Positions 49,048 to 58,741 of a stretch of 64,000 bases of DNA are shown here, in pieces (the stretch's first letter is position 1; each line of letters opens with the position of its first letter). The notes beneath the pieces were generated by a model, which saw nothing but the letters and a program-made list of their open reading frames with translations, was not told the origin of the DNA and did not search any database. The translations under genes were made by a program, and so were the position numbers. Origin of the DNA: Dehalococcoidia bacterium (GTDB taxonomy: Bacteria > Chloroflexota > Dehalococcoidia > SHYB01); NCBI GenBank assembly GCA_965248515.1, contig CBDFJU010000002.1:767688-831687 (forward strand), in the 5' to 3' direction.

Positions 49048-49740
49048 GTGGGCAACGAAAACGGCCGTCAGTACGTCCGCTATTCGGCATACAAGGTGCA
49101 ACCGGAATGGCGGCGACTCGAGGCTGACCGCAAAGCGGCGGGCCGCCGGGAGTTGACCGCCGTCATCGACGAGCTCTCGGATGGAATGCTGATCCGCAGC
49201 TATAGCTTGATGGGGACTCGGGGCGACGCCGACTTCATGCTGTGGATGGCCTCCGAGCGCCTGGAGCAGATTCAGGGGCTGGCGACCCGGATGTTCTCGA
49301 CGGACCTGGGCCGCCACCTGGACACGACGCACTCTTACCTCGCGATGACCAAGAAGTCGATGTACGTCGACAAGCACCGCCACGCCAATCAGGAACGGCT
49401 GACGGTCACCCCGCTTGGCCGGAAATACCTGTTCGTCTATCCGTTCGTCAAGACGCGGGCCTGGTACACCCTGGACAACGAGAGCCGCCAGGAGATGATG
49501 CGCAGCCACTTCGCCGTCGGCCACAAGTACCCCGACATCACGATCAACACGTCCTACTCCTTCGGGCTCGACGACCAGGAGTTCGTCGTGGCCTTCGAAG
49601 GCGACGACCCCGGGGTCTTCCTAGACCTGGTGATGGAGCTGCGGCTCAGCAAGGCGAGCAGCTACACGGAGCGCGACACGCCGATCCTGACCGGCGTGTC
49701 GATGTCGATGGAAGAAGCACTGGAGTCGTTGGGCGACTGA
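49048..49740 (+). CDS. Chlorite dismutase family / coproheme decarboxylase (HemQ/ChdC-like)
   Basis: YSLMGTRGDADFMLW, YPFVKTRAWY, H..VG, SYSFGLDDQEFVV. Confidence 0.85.
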   Translation: MGNENGRQYVRYSAYKVQPEWRRLEADRKAAGRRELTAVIDELSDGMLIRSYSLMGTRGDADFMLWMASERLEQIQGLATRMFSTDLGRHLDTTHSYLAMTKKSMYVDKHRHANQERLTVTPLGRKYLFVYPFVKTRAWYTLDNESRQEMMRSHFAVGHKYPDITINTSYSFGLDDQEFVVAFEGDDPGVFLDLVMELRLSKASSYTERDTPILTGVSMSMEEALESLGD

Positions 49741-49750
49741 AAGGGGCCCC

Positions 49751-50098
49751 ATGGCGCGGACCGTCAACTTTTACTGGAAGACCACCTGAACGACGTGCCG
49801 TAAAGCGAAAGCGTCGCTTTCGCAGATGGGCGTCGAATTCTCCGAGCGCGAGCTTGCCAAAGAACCGCTAAGCCCTGATGAAATTCGCCGGCTGTCCGGT
49901 GGCGATCCGGTCTCGCTGATCGATAGAAGAAAACCCTCGTTCAAGAAGCTGGGAGTCGGCGACCGCGCGCTCTCCGAAGCCGAGGCGATCGACCTGATGA
50001 CCCGGGAGCCCAGCATCATCCGGCGCCCCATCTTCGAGATCGACGGCGAGATCGTCTTCGGTTTCAACCAGCAGGAGCTCGACCGGCTCCTCGGTTAG
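49751..50098 (+). CDS. ArsC/Spx-family thioredoxin-fold selenoprotein (UxxC)
   Basis: MARTVNFYWKTT-TGA(49787-49789)-TTCRKAK continues in frame into ORF 49826..50098 (EPSIIRRP); TGA occupies the first Cys of CxxC. Confidence 0.82.
49805..49823 (+). other. Putative bacterial SECIS hairpin
   Basis: GCGAAAGC-GTC-GCTTTCGC starting 16 nt after the UGA, loop beginning with GU. Confidence 0.65.
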
Positions 50099-50109
50099 CC
50101 GGCGCTCCG

Positions 50110-50487
50110 GTGGACTGTAACGAGGTCCCGCCCCCGGCGTTCCGGCAGGGCATCGATGAGTTCAACCAGGGGGCCTACTTCGACGCCCACGAGACGTTGG
50201 AGACCCTGTGGAAAGCGGAGTCCGGGCCTGTCCGCAACCTGCTCCAGGGCGTTATTCAACTGGCCACCGGAATGCACCACGTCCGCGGCGGGAACCGGAA
50301 GGGCGCGCTGGCACTGGTGGAGCGCGCGGTCGCGAAGCTCGAGCCGTACCAGGTCTGCCTCGGCATTGACGTTGCGGCGTTGCGGGACGACGCGGGTCGC
50401 GTGGTAGCCCGGCTGCGCGAGCTCGGGCCCGGTGAACTCGACGCCTTCCCGTGGAGCGAGGCGCCTCGCGTCAAGCTAGCGGACTAG
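50110..50487 (+). CDS. DUF309 family protein
   Basis: FNQGAYFDAHETLETLW, LQGVIQLATGMHH, GNRKGA. Confidence 0.88.
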   Translation: MDCNEVPPPAFRQGIDEFNQGAYFDAHETLETLWKAESGPVRNLLQGVIQLATGMHHVRGGNRKGALALVERAVAKLEPYQVCLGIDVAALRDDAGRVVARLRELGPGELDAFPWSEAPRVKLAD

Positions 50488-51387
50488 AGGAGCGCCATCG
50501 CGGCTACGCCGAGGGTGACGCAGAGGGCTGAGGCGGCTTTCGTTACCAGGGCTGGTCGAGAAGCGCGCTCTGTCACTAGCTTGGGGATGAACGTGGCGAT
50601 GACCGTGGCGTACGCGAGGACAATTACCGGCCTCGACGCCATAATCGCTGAAGACAGCGAGACGGGGCCCAGGCTAAACGCGATGAAGCTGGTCATGAAG
50701 GCGATGAGCAACGTGACGTGGGCCAAGGCCGTCACGCCCATCGCTTTGGGCGCTTTGAGCATCGCGCCGATCGTCCGCCACGCGCCGAAGCCCTGGGCGG
50801 CCACCGTGAACCCCGCCGCGGCCCCGACACTGGACAGGGCATAGAGCTGCCACACGGAGAGGTGCCCCAGGGCGTACTTGGCGACGGCGCTGTAGACCGC
50901 GATCCCGAAGCTGGCAATGAGTAACAGCGCGAAGGGCCGCCGCAGCTTCACGGGATCGCCGGGCAGCGCGTGATGCCACGAGGCGATGACGGCCGCCCAC
51001 GATGACGAGCCCAATGGCGAGCCATTTGATCGGGTTCAGCACCTCGCCAAGGAACAGCACGGCAAGTATGGCAACGAAGATTGGGTGGGTGTCGAGGACC
51101 GGCACGACCCTGGTCACTTCGTCCTCGGACTGGATGACCCGGTAGATCAACAGCGAGAAGCCGGCGTAGAGCGCGCCGACGCCGACCATGGCGAAAACGG
51201 GGCCGCTCATCCACGACGACGGAGCGTCGATAATGAAGATAGGGACGGATATCACGAGATGGAAGATGCCGCCCCAGAAGGCGAACCCGAAGATGCTCCG
51301 AACATGACGCACGAAGGCGTACTTCTGCAAGATCGCGTACGCAGAGAACGATACGGCACTGATCAGCGACAGTGCGATCCAGTCCAC
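50484..51387 (-). CDS. EamA/DMT-family transporter, frameshift near 50997
   Basis: ORF 50674..51387 (LFLGEVLN..WLAIGLVIVG) joins ORF 50484..51014; multi-TM. Confidence 0.8.
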
Positions 51388-51478
51388 GGGCTGTTCTCCT
51401 AGCGAAGCGTAGCAGGGGTGCGAGTTGTCTCCGGATTGAAGTCCCGGCAGCCTCGCCTCGCGATGCTACGCTCTGTGA

Positions 51479-51769
51479 CTACTCGGTTGCGTCGTCAGGC
51501 CCGTCGCCGGCGTCGTCGCCTTCGGTGAGATCGAGAATCTCGCGGATGCCGGCGTAGTTGATACCTTTATCCGCCAGTTCGGCGATCCTCTGGATGCGTT
51601 GCACCTCGGCGTCGGAGTAGAGCCTCGTGCCGCCATCGGTCCTCGAAGGCTCGAGTAACTCCGCGGCCTCGAAAGCGCGCAACCGGTGCTCGGAAACGCC
51701 GGTCAAGGTCACAACGACGCTGATGGGGTACTTCCCCACGTTCGGATCTTCGATGATGCCTCCAGGCAA
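51479..51769 (-). CDS. MerR-family (HspR-like) transcriptional regulator
   Basis: YPISVV..LTGVSEHRLRAFE, PSRTDGGTRLYS, GINYAGI. Confidence 0.85.
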   Translation of the reverse strand: MPGGIIEDPNVGKYPISVVVTLTGVSEHRLRAFEAAELLEPSRTDGGTRLYSDAEVQRIQRIAELADKGINYAGIREILDLTEGDDAGDGPDDATE

Positions 51770-51794
51770 TCTAACGCCCTCAGCTAGATTACCT

Positions 51795-51830
51795 AAGATT
51801 GATGTTAGGATAGTCTCAGTCTTGTGTCAA
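51795..51830 (-). promoter_or_regulatory. sigma70 promoter of the MerR-like gene with overlapping inverted repeat
   Basis: TTGACA(51830-51825)-N17-TAACAT(51807-51802); AAGATTGA-N13-TCAGTCTT dyad at 51795-51823. Confidence 0.65.
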
Positions 51831-51930
51831 GATGGTCTGCCACCAACGCCCGAGATATGGCCGTGGCCCTTGTTGTTGGCCACGGGCCGGCGCACTATAC
51901 TCGAAAGGCGATGCTTGCCAGGAGCCCCTG

Positions 51931-53373
51931 TTGAAAGACCTGCTGCTGCGCGCCCTCGACACCGCCGTCAAGCGCGGCGCCTCCTACGCCGACGTCCGGC
52001 TCGTCGAGACGAAGGTGCAGAGCCTCGCCGTGAAAGACGGGCGCGTCGAGGCTGTGACCTCGGACGAAAGCCGCGGTTTCGGTGTGCGCGTCATCGCCAA
52101 CGGCGGCTGGGGCTTCGCCAGCAGCTCCCGGCTCACGGCGTCGGAGATGGACGTCGTCGCCGCGACAGCCGTCCGCATAGCCCTGGCGTCGTCCTCGGTG
52201 CTCAGCGAGCCGGCGACGTTGGGCGATCCGGTCCGAATCGTCGATTCCTACCGCACGCCGGTTGTTCGCGACCCGTTCTCGGTCCCGATCGAAGAGAAGG
52301 TCGGCGTGCTCGTCGCGGCGACTGAGGCGATGAAGGCAGTGAAAGGCATCGCCGTCGCCGAAGGGAACATCGAGGTCATCCGCACCGACAAGACCTTCGC
52401 CAGCACCGAGGGCAGCTACATCGAGCAGACGCTCTACGAGACGGGCTGCGGCATCGAGGCGACCGCAGTCGATGGCGACGAGGTGCAGAACCGCAGCTAC
52501 CCCAACAGCGTCGGGAGGCATCAGGGCACCGAAGGCTGGGAGTTCGTCGAGCGCTACGACCTGCCGGGCAACGCCCCGGCCATCGCCGAGCAAGCCGTCG
52601 CGCTGCTCAAGGCGAAGCAGTGCCCCTCGGGCGAGACTACCGTCATCCTGGACGGCTCGCAGACAGCCCTCCAGGTCCACGAGTCCTGTGGGCACCCTAT
52701 CGAGCTGGACCGGGTCCTCGGCATGGAGGCGGCCTTCGCCGGCACCAGCTTCCTGACGACCGACCTGCTCGGCTCGTTCCGCTACGGCTCCGACCAGGTG
52801 ACGATGACGATCGACGCCACGCTCCCGGGCGGACTCGGCAGCTTCGGCTTCGACGACGAGGGTATCCCCGCACAGCGCGCGGAGGTGGTCAAGGACGGTA
52901 TCTTCGTCGGCTATCTCACGTCAAGGGAGACGGCGGCGCGTTTGGGCCAGCAGAGCAACGGCACGTCCCGGGCCAGCGGCTGGGACCGGCTGCCCCTCAT
53001 CCGGATGACGAACGTCAACCTGGAACCCGGCCCGTGGGCGCTCGACGAGCTCATCGCCGACACGGACGACGGCATCTATATGCAGACAAACCGTAGCTGG
53101 AGCATCGACGACCGGCGGCTCAACTTCCAGTTCGGCACCGAGATCGCCTGGGAGATCAAGGGCGGCAAGCTCGGCGCCATGCTGAAGAACCCAACCTACA
53201 CGGGCATCACACCCCGCTTTTGGGCGGGGTGTGACGCCGTATGCGGTGGCGACGAGTGGACCGTCTGGGGCACCCCCAACTGCGGCAAGGGTCAGCCCGA
53301 GCAGGTCGGCCATGTCGGCCACGGCGCCGCCCCTGCCCGCTTTCGCGGCGTGCAGGTCGGCGTGATGCGCTGA
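51931..53373 (+). CDS. tldD: TldD/PmbA-family metalloprotease (TldD type)
   Basis: AGGAG RBS and TTG 51931; YADVR, HESCGHPIELDR (HExxGH), FDDEG, IRMTN, CGKGQP. Confidence 0.88.
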   Translation: MKDLLLRALDTAVKRGASYADVRLVETKVQSLAVKDGRVEAVTSDESRGFGVRVIANGGWGFASSSRLTASEMDVVAATAVRIALASSSVLSEPATLGDPVRIVDSYRTPVVRDPFSVPIEEKVGVLVAATEAMKAVKGIAVAEGNIEVIRTDKTFASTEGSYIEQTLYETGCGIEATAVDGDEVQNRSYPNSVGRHQGTEGWEFVERYDLPGNAPAIAEQAVALLKAKQCPSGETTVILDGSQTALQVHESCGHPIELDRVLGMEAAFAGTSFLTTDLLGSFRYGSDQVTMTIDATLPGGLGSFGFDDEGIPAQRAEVVKDGIFVGYLTSRETAARLGQQSNGTSRASGWDRLPLIRMTNVNLEPGPWALDELIADTDDGIYMQTNRSWSIDDRRLNFQFGTEIAWEIKGGKLGAMLKNPTYTGITPRFWAGCDAVCGGDEWTVWGTPNCGKGQPEQVGHVGHGAAPARFRGVQVGVMR

Positions 53374-53413
53374 TCGCTCTGAGTCCGGTCTGTCGCAGCC
53401 AGCCTCAGCGCCG

Positions 53414-53452
53414 AAACAAAAAAAACGAGCCCGGGCATCGCCCGGGCTCGTT
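53414..53452 (-). terminator. Rho-independent terminator
   Basis: AACGAGCCCGGGC-ATC-GCCCGGGCTCGTT with an A-run on its left (U-tract for the minus-strand SPFH gene). Confidence 0.85.
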
Positions 53453-53475
53453 GCGTTCGTGACTACGGTGCGGGC

Positions 53476-54333
53476 TTACTTGTTGCCGTCGTCTCCGCCG
53501 CCTCCGAAGTTGCGGAAGGACTGCATCAGGCTAGTGAACTCCATGGGGAAGATGAACTTGGTCGACGGGCTGTCGCCCAGGCTCTTCAACGTTTCCAAGT
53601 ACTGCAGGCTCATCGTCTTGGTATCCACCGACTTGGCGACGGAGTAGATCTTGTCGAGGGCGTTGGCGAAGCCCTCGGCTTCGAGCAGCTGGGCCTCGCG
53701 GGCGGCCTCGGCCCGAAGGATCTGGGCCTGCCGGTCGCCTTCGGCCTTCAGTATCTCGGACTGCTTCTGGCCCTCCGCGACGGTGACCGCGGCCTCGCGG
53801 TGTCCGGAGGCCTCCGTAACCGTGGCGCGCCGGTCCCGCTCGGCAGCCATCTGCCGGTTCATCGCCGCCTGAATATCGTGGGGCGGCGTGATCTCCCTGA
53901 TCTCGACGGCCGTGACCTTGACGCCCCAGCGGACGGTCACCTCGTCGAGCTTGACGCGCAGGACGCTGTTGATCTCCTCCCGCTTTGCCAGGACGTCGTC
54001 CAGGGGAATGTCGCCGATCACGGCGCGGAGACCGGTGGTGGCGATGCCGACGGCGGCGGAGACGAAGTCCTGGACCTCGATCACCGACTTTTCCGGCGAT
54101 TCCTGCATGATCCGGTAGTAGATCAGGAAGTCGATGTCGATGGGCGCGTTGTCCCTGGTGATGGCGGTCTGGCTGGGCACCGAAAGGACCCGTTCGCGGA
54201 GGTCGAGCTTCTTGCTCCCGTTGTTGATGATCGGCCAGAGCCATCTCAGGCCCGGTGCACGCAGCTCGGTGTACCTACCGAAACGAAAGATCATCAAGGT
54301 CTCATACTGTCTCACAATCGAAATTCCGGCCAT
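53476..54333 (-). CDS. SPFH/stomatin (band 7) protein
   Basis: AAGGAGG RBS and ATG 54333; FRFGRY..PGL, QTAITRDN, WGVKVTAVEI, AAERDRRA. Confidence 0.9.
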   Translation of the reverse strand: MAGISIVRQYETLMIFRFGRYTELRAPGLRWLWPIINNGSKKLDLRERVLSVPSQTAITRDNAPIDIDFLIYYRIMQESPEKSVIEVQDFVSAAVGIATTGLRAVIGDIPLDDVLAKREEINSVLRVKLDEVTVRWGVKVTAVEIREITPPHDIQAAMNRQMAAERDRRATVTEASGHREAAVTVAEGQKQSEILKAEGDRQAQILRAEAAREAQLLEAEGFANALDKIYSVAKSVDTKTMSLQYLETLKSLGDSPSTKFIFPMEFTSLMQSFRNFGGGGDDGNK

Positions 54334-54430
54334 TGCGGCCTCCTTCTGATTACACACGGCGATTGTCGCCGGCTAGCCTTCGAGGAACACTGCACCCTGA
54401 AGACGCCTCCCGTCTTCAGATAGGCGTACC

Positions 54431-55897
54431 TTAGTCCCCACCCTGGTCATCGTCAAGTGCGGCCCCTGCTTCGGGGGGCGGGCCGGGCTCCTCGCCGGAA
54501 GGCAGGGCGTAACCCTCTCCCTCCCGCAGCAGCATGGGCACTTTGCGCACCTTCAGGGTGAGGCCATCCAGGGAGAGGGCCTCGACCCGCTCGCCTGCTT
54601 CGACGGTCAGGTAGTTCTCTTCCTCCGCGGACCAGTCCATCCCACTGATGTGCACCGTGCCTAGAGGGTCCAACGGGGAAGTCACCCTGCCGGTTTTCCC
54701 GATGACCACGTTCCGTACCGATTCCGGGGGCTGGCTCTTGCCCCGCCAGGCGAGCCATGACACCGCCAGAATCCCGGCGGCCATGCTTCCGCCGAATCCC
54801 ACGATAAGCCAGGGACTGACCTTTATCCGCGGTCCGGAGATCGATGGCGGATCGGCCGCGAAGGGCGAGAACAGGAACAGGGCGCCAAGAACAAAGGCGA
54901 CGAGGGCCCCAACCCCCAGGATGCCGGTCCCGGCAACCTGGACCTCGAAGAACAGCAGGACCAACGCGAAGAGTATGAGCCCGACCCCGGCATAGTTCAC
55001 CGGAAGGTTTCCCAGCGCGACGAACGCCAGCACGAGGGCGATGGCGCCGAAAACGCCGGGGAACACCAGCCCCGGGTTCAAGATCTCGATGAAGAGCGCC
55101 AGGCCGCCCAATGAGAGAAGCAGGGCCGAGATATTGGGGTCGGCGATGACCGAGAGGAAGTTTTCGACAAAACTCGGGCTCACGCTGGTGCACATGGCCC
55201 TGGGCTTTTCACAGACGATTCCCTCGGTGTGCAGGGTGACGTCTCCGCGGTCCATGCTGATGACTCGACCGTCGAGCGTGGCGAGCAGGTCGGCCAGGTC
55301 GTCGGCGATGAGGTCGATCATATTCAGCTCGAGGGCTTCCTCACTGGTGAAGGAAGAGGCCTCGCGCACCGTTTCCTCGAGCTTCTCGATGTTGCGGCCG
55401 CGGCGCTCGGCGATACTCCTGATCTCGGCCGCGGCATCGTTCAGGGCCTTCGCGGCGAGGGTCTCGGGCAGGTCTTCTCCGCCGCCCCCGATTGGAGTAG
55501 CGGCTCCGATGTTCGTGGCCGGGGCCATGACGGCGACATGGCCCGCGGCGGTGATGAAGGTGCCGGCCGAAGCCGCTCTGGCTCCCTGGGGAGCGACGAA
55601 CGTAATGACGGGGATGTCCGAGCTGAAGATGCTCTCGACCATGTCCCGCATCGAGCTGACGAGGCCGCCTGGAGTGTCGATGACGATGATCACGAACTGG
55701 CCGCCGTCTTCCTGGGCCCGTTCCAGGCCGCGTTTGAGGAACTTGGCGCGGTTCGGGTCGATGGCGCCGTCGATCTCGAGAAGAAAGGCCCCCCCGGAGC
55801 TCGTGTCCTGGGCGGCGGCGCGCAACGGTGCGATGAGACCGGCACAGACCAGCCCCAGGTACAGCATGAGCCGGCCCAGGCGGAGTTTGTTTCCCAT
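54431..55897 (-). CDS. nfeD: NfeD membrane-bound serine protease (long form)
   Basis: DTPGG, RAASAG, MAPATNIGAATP, TM bundle, C-terminal OB fold; adjacent to SPFH gene. Confidence 0.9.
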   Translation of the reverse strand: MGNKLRLGRLMLYLGLVCAGLIAPLRAAAQDTSSGGAFLLEIDGAIDPNRAKFLKRGLERAQEDGGQFVIIVIDTPGGLVSSMRDMVESIFSSDIPVITFVAPQGARAASAGTFITAAGHVAVMAPATNIGAATPIGGGGEDLPETLAAKALNDAAAEIRSIAERRGRNIEKLEETVREASSFTSEEALELNMIDLIADDLADLLATLDGRVISMDRGDVTLHTEGIVCEKPRAMCTSVSPSFVENFLSVIADPNISALLLSLGGLALFIEILNPGLVFPGVFGAIALVLAFVALGNLPVNYAGVGLILFALVLLFFEVQVAGTGILGVGALVAFVLGALFLFSPFAADPPSISGPRIKVSPWLIVGFGGSMAAGILAVSWLAWRGKSQPPESVRNVVIGKTGRVTSPLDPLGTVHISGMDWSAEEENYLTVEAGERVEALSLDGLTLKVRKVPMLLREGEGYALPSGEEPGPPPEAGAALDDDQGGD

Positions 55898-56002
55898 ACG
55901 CCTCCTGCGAGGCCATTATAGCCCCGGGCGCGCCGGTCAGACGCTCCCACTCGATTGCTCGCTGCGTCGCGCCCCTGCTATCATCGGGAAGAGTACACCC
56001 GG

Positions 56003-57523
56003 ATGCCCCCTTCCAAACAAGGCGCCCCGCGCACTCTCCCGGACCTGTTGCTGGGCGGCGAGCCCCGTAGTCCCGCCATTGTGGTCCCGGGAGGCCCGAC
56101 GCTGAGCTACGAACAGCTAGCCGACCGCGTCGAGACCCTCGCGGGTCGTCTGCGCGCGGCCGGTGCCGAACCCGGCACGCTGGTCTCCATGGTCCTCGGG
56201 AACGACGTCGCCTTCGTGGAGACGTTCCTCGCGGTGACCCGGGCAGGCGCTCAGGCGGCGCCCCTGAACCCCGCCTACACGACCGACGAGTTCATCTCCT
56301 CGATCGAAGACGCTCACGCCCACGTTGCGGTCCTGGACCCGGAGGCGGCGTCTGCCTGGGAAGCCACTCGCTCGCTCGACGTGCCCTCGGTGAGCGCCAC
56401 CATGGGCGACGGTGGCGTCCGCCTCGAGCGTGACGGCGCCCTGGTGCCTTCTGATGGGAGAATACAGCCTCCCGATCCCGGTTCCGTGGCCCTCTTTCTC
56501 CATACCAGCGGGACCACGAGCAGGCCCAAAGGCGTGCCCCTCACCCATGCCAACATCGTGGCCTCCGCGCAGAACACGGTGCGGACCTACCGCCTTGGTC
56601 CGGAAGACGCCACGATGGCGGTGATGCCGCTGTTCCACGTGCACGGCCTCATCGGCGTGGTCCTCTCCACGCTGGCCTCCGGCGGACGCATCGTGCTCCC
56701 TCCGCGCTTTAGCGCGAGTACCTTCTGGCCCCAGGTCCGAGATGAAGGGGCCACCTGGTACTCGGGGTCGCCGACCATTCATCAGATCCTTCTCGCGCGC
56801 GCCGACGACGACCAGGCCCCCCGGGGGGCCTTCCGCTTCATCCGCTCCTGTAGCGCCGCTCTAGCGCCCACGGTACTGGAGCAGGTCGAGGCGCGCTTCG
56901 AGGCGCCGGTGGTGGAGGCTTACGGCATGACGGAGGCCTCCCATCAGATCGCTTCCAACCCGCTCCCGCCCGGCGAGCGCCGGACATCGACCGTGGGTCA
57001 CCAAACGGGAGTCGAGGTCGCGGTCATGGACGAGTCGGGCTCTCTGCTCCCCGCGACCACCGAGGGCGAGGTGGTCATCCGGGGCCCCAACGTCACCCAT
57101 GGCTACCGGGATAACCCGGAGGCGAACGCCGCTTCATTTTCGGACGGCTGGTTCCGGACCGGGGACCAGGGTGTGATCGCCGGCGATGGCTACGTCGCGC
57201 TGACGGCACGGATCAAAGAGATCATCAATCGCGGCGGAGAGAAGATCGCCCCGTTGGAAGTGGATGCGGCGCTGATGCGGCACGGGGCGGTGGCCGAGGC
57301 CATCGCCTTCGGCGTGCCCGACGCCAAGTACGGCGAAGAGGTCCACGCAGCCGTCGTTTTGCGCGGTGAGGCGTCGCCCGACGATTTACAGCGTTTCGCC
57401 GCCGAGCACCTCGCTTCTTTCAAGGTGCCGAAGGTGATCCATGTCGTCGACGAGCTGCCTCGGACCGCCACGGGCAAGGTGCAGCGGCGCCATGTTGCCG
57501 CCAGGTTCGCCGACAAGGCCTGA
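56003..57523 (+). CDS. Acyl-CoA synthetase (oxalate-CoA ligase-like)
   Basis: LHTSGTTSRPKGVPLTH, RSCSAAL, EAYGMTEASHQ, FRTGDQG, NRGGEKI, TGKVQRR. Confidence 0.88.
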   Translation: MPPSKQGAPRTLPDLLLGGEPRSPAIVVPGGPTLSYEQLADRVETLAGRLRAAGAEPGTLVSMVLGNDVAFVETFLAVTRAGAQAAPLNPAYTTDEFISSIEDAHAHVAVLDPEAASAWEATRSLDVPSVSATMGDGGVRLERDGALVPSDGRIQPPDPGSVALFLHTSGTTSRPKGVPLTHANIVASAQNTVRTYRLGPEDATMAVMPLFHVHGLIGVVLSTLASGGRIVLPPRFSASTFWPQVRDEGATWYSGSPTIHQILLARADDDQAPRGAFRFIRSCSAALAPTVLEQVEARFEAPVVEAYGMTEASHQIASNPLPPGERRTSTVGHQTGVEVAVMDESGSLLPATTEGEVVIRGPNVTHGYRDNPEANAASFSDGWFRTGDQGVIAGDGYVALTARIKEIINRGGEKIAPLEVDAALMRHGAVAEAIAFGVPDAKYGEEVHAAVVLRGEASPDDLQRFAAEHLASFKVPKVIHVVDELPRTATGKVQRRHVAARFADKA

Positions 57524-57687
57524 GTCGGCTATTTTGCGCTTCGATTAGCCCTTCTTCTCCTGGCCGGTTCGTGTCGTCTTCGAGGCGGCGCCGAGGCCCA
57601 GAGGAGCGCCACGCCTCGCGACGTTGGGGGAATCGCCGGCGCTACACTAGGGGTAGAGGGTCGGTAGTAACCCTCGGGAGGTGGCCC

Positions 57688-57834
57688 GTGTCACGTCATG
57701 GAGACTACCAAAAACATGATATCAAGAAACCCAAGATGGGCGACCAGCTTCACCCCCACGCCAAGACCCCACCGCCTTCCGCGCCGGTGCGCGTGATCAA
57801 GAGCAAGGGGAGGAAAGCGGAGCCGGGCGGCTAG
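57688..57834 (+). CDS. Small basic hypothetical protein (48 aa)
   Basis: GGAGGT RBS and GTG 57688; MSRHGDYQKHDIKKPK... Confidence 0.55.
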   Translation: MSRHGDYQKHDIKKPKMGDQLHPHAKTPPPSAPVRVIKSKGRKAEPGG

Positions 57835-57857
57835 CGGAGCCCTGAACGCTTCATCGC

Positions 57858-58145
57858 ATGACGCAGCAGCGATGCGCCTTCACCGCCGTTGTTCGCGGCC
57901 GCGTTCAAGGGGTGTACTTCCGGGACTATGTGCGGACGAAGGCGCTGGGACTTGGGCTCGTCGGTTATTGCCACAACGGAGCGGATGGCGTGTCGGTCGA
58001 GGTCCGGGCTGAGGGCGCCACGAAAGCGCTGGAGCAGCTCGCCGAGCACCTGCACCGGGGGCCGCCGACCAGCCGCATCGACAGTGTCGACGTGACGTGG
58101 GGCGAGGCCGTCGGCGACGGATCGAGCTTCGTGATCCGGTGGTGA
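57858..58145 (+). CDS. acyP: Acylphosphatase
   Basis: VRGRVQGVYFR, GYCHN..DG.SVEV, GPP. Confidence 0.9.
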   Translation: MTQQRCAFTAVVRGRVQGVYFRDYVRTKALGLGLVGYCHNGADGVSVEVRAEGATKALEQLAEHLHRGPPTSRIDSVDVTWGEAVGDGSSFVIRW

Positions 58146-58266
58146 CCCCTTGGCTGGGCGTGGATGTGGGGGAGTGCAGAGGGGGTGTCCCCTTCTACCA
58201 ACAAATACCCAGAAGGGCTACCGTGAACCCCCCGAGGGGGTTTGGGGGTGGTCTTCGGTGACGCCG

Positions 58267-58689
58267 CTAGACGCGCCGCATCCCGTAATAGTCGTCGCTA
58301 TCCAGGACTCGGACTAGAGTCTCGGGGGTGATGACGCGGGAGTCCCTGATTCCGACTCCCCGCTCGGCCAGTTCCTCGCCCAGCTGTTCGACGTCCATCG
58401 GCTTGTTTTCGTGGACGAGAAGCAGCCGGAATGCAGCCTCGAGGAGCGGCAGATCGGGGTTCACGAAGCCCTCGATCTTTGCCAGGTCGACCATGGAGGG
58501 GACGCCGCCTCCCTTGCGCTTCTTAGCTCCCTTCGGCGGGACCTGGTCCATCTCGTTGATGCGGCTTTCGATCATGTTCTGGAATGAACGGGCGCTCGCT
58601 TCATACCACTCCAGGTCGATACGGTACTTCGGCCTCTCAACCTCTGCTTCGTCTCCGCCGGCGATCTCGGGGGCGTCCTCTTGAGTCAT
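58267..58689 (-). CDS. Hypothetical protein (possible winged-helix C-terminus)
   Basis: Clean ORF directly downstream of moeA; YRIDLEWY...FRLLL..ENKPM..LDSDDYYG. Confidence 0.65.
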   Translation of the reverse strand: MTQEDAPEIAGGDEAEVERPKYRIDLEWYEASARSFQNMIESRINEMDQVPPKGAKKRKGGGVPSMVDLAKIEGFVNPDLPLLEAAFRLLLVHENKPMDVEQLGEELAERGVGIRDSRVITPETLVRVLDSDDYYGMRRV

Positions 58690-58741
58690 CTCTTTGGGGG
58701 CTCCTCAGTGCGGTGAGATTGGCGAGCCAGGGCGGACTGCG

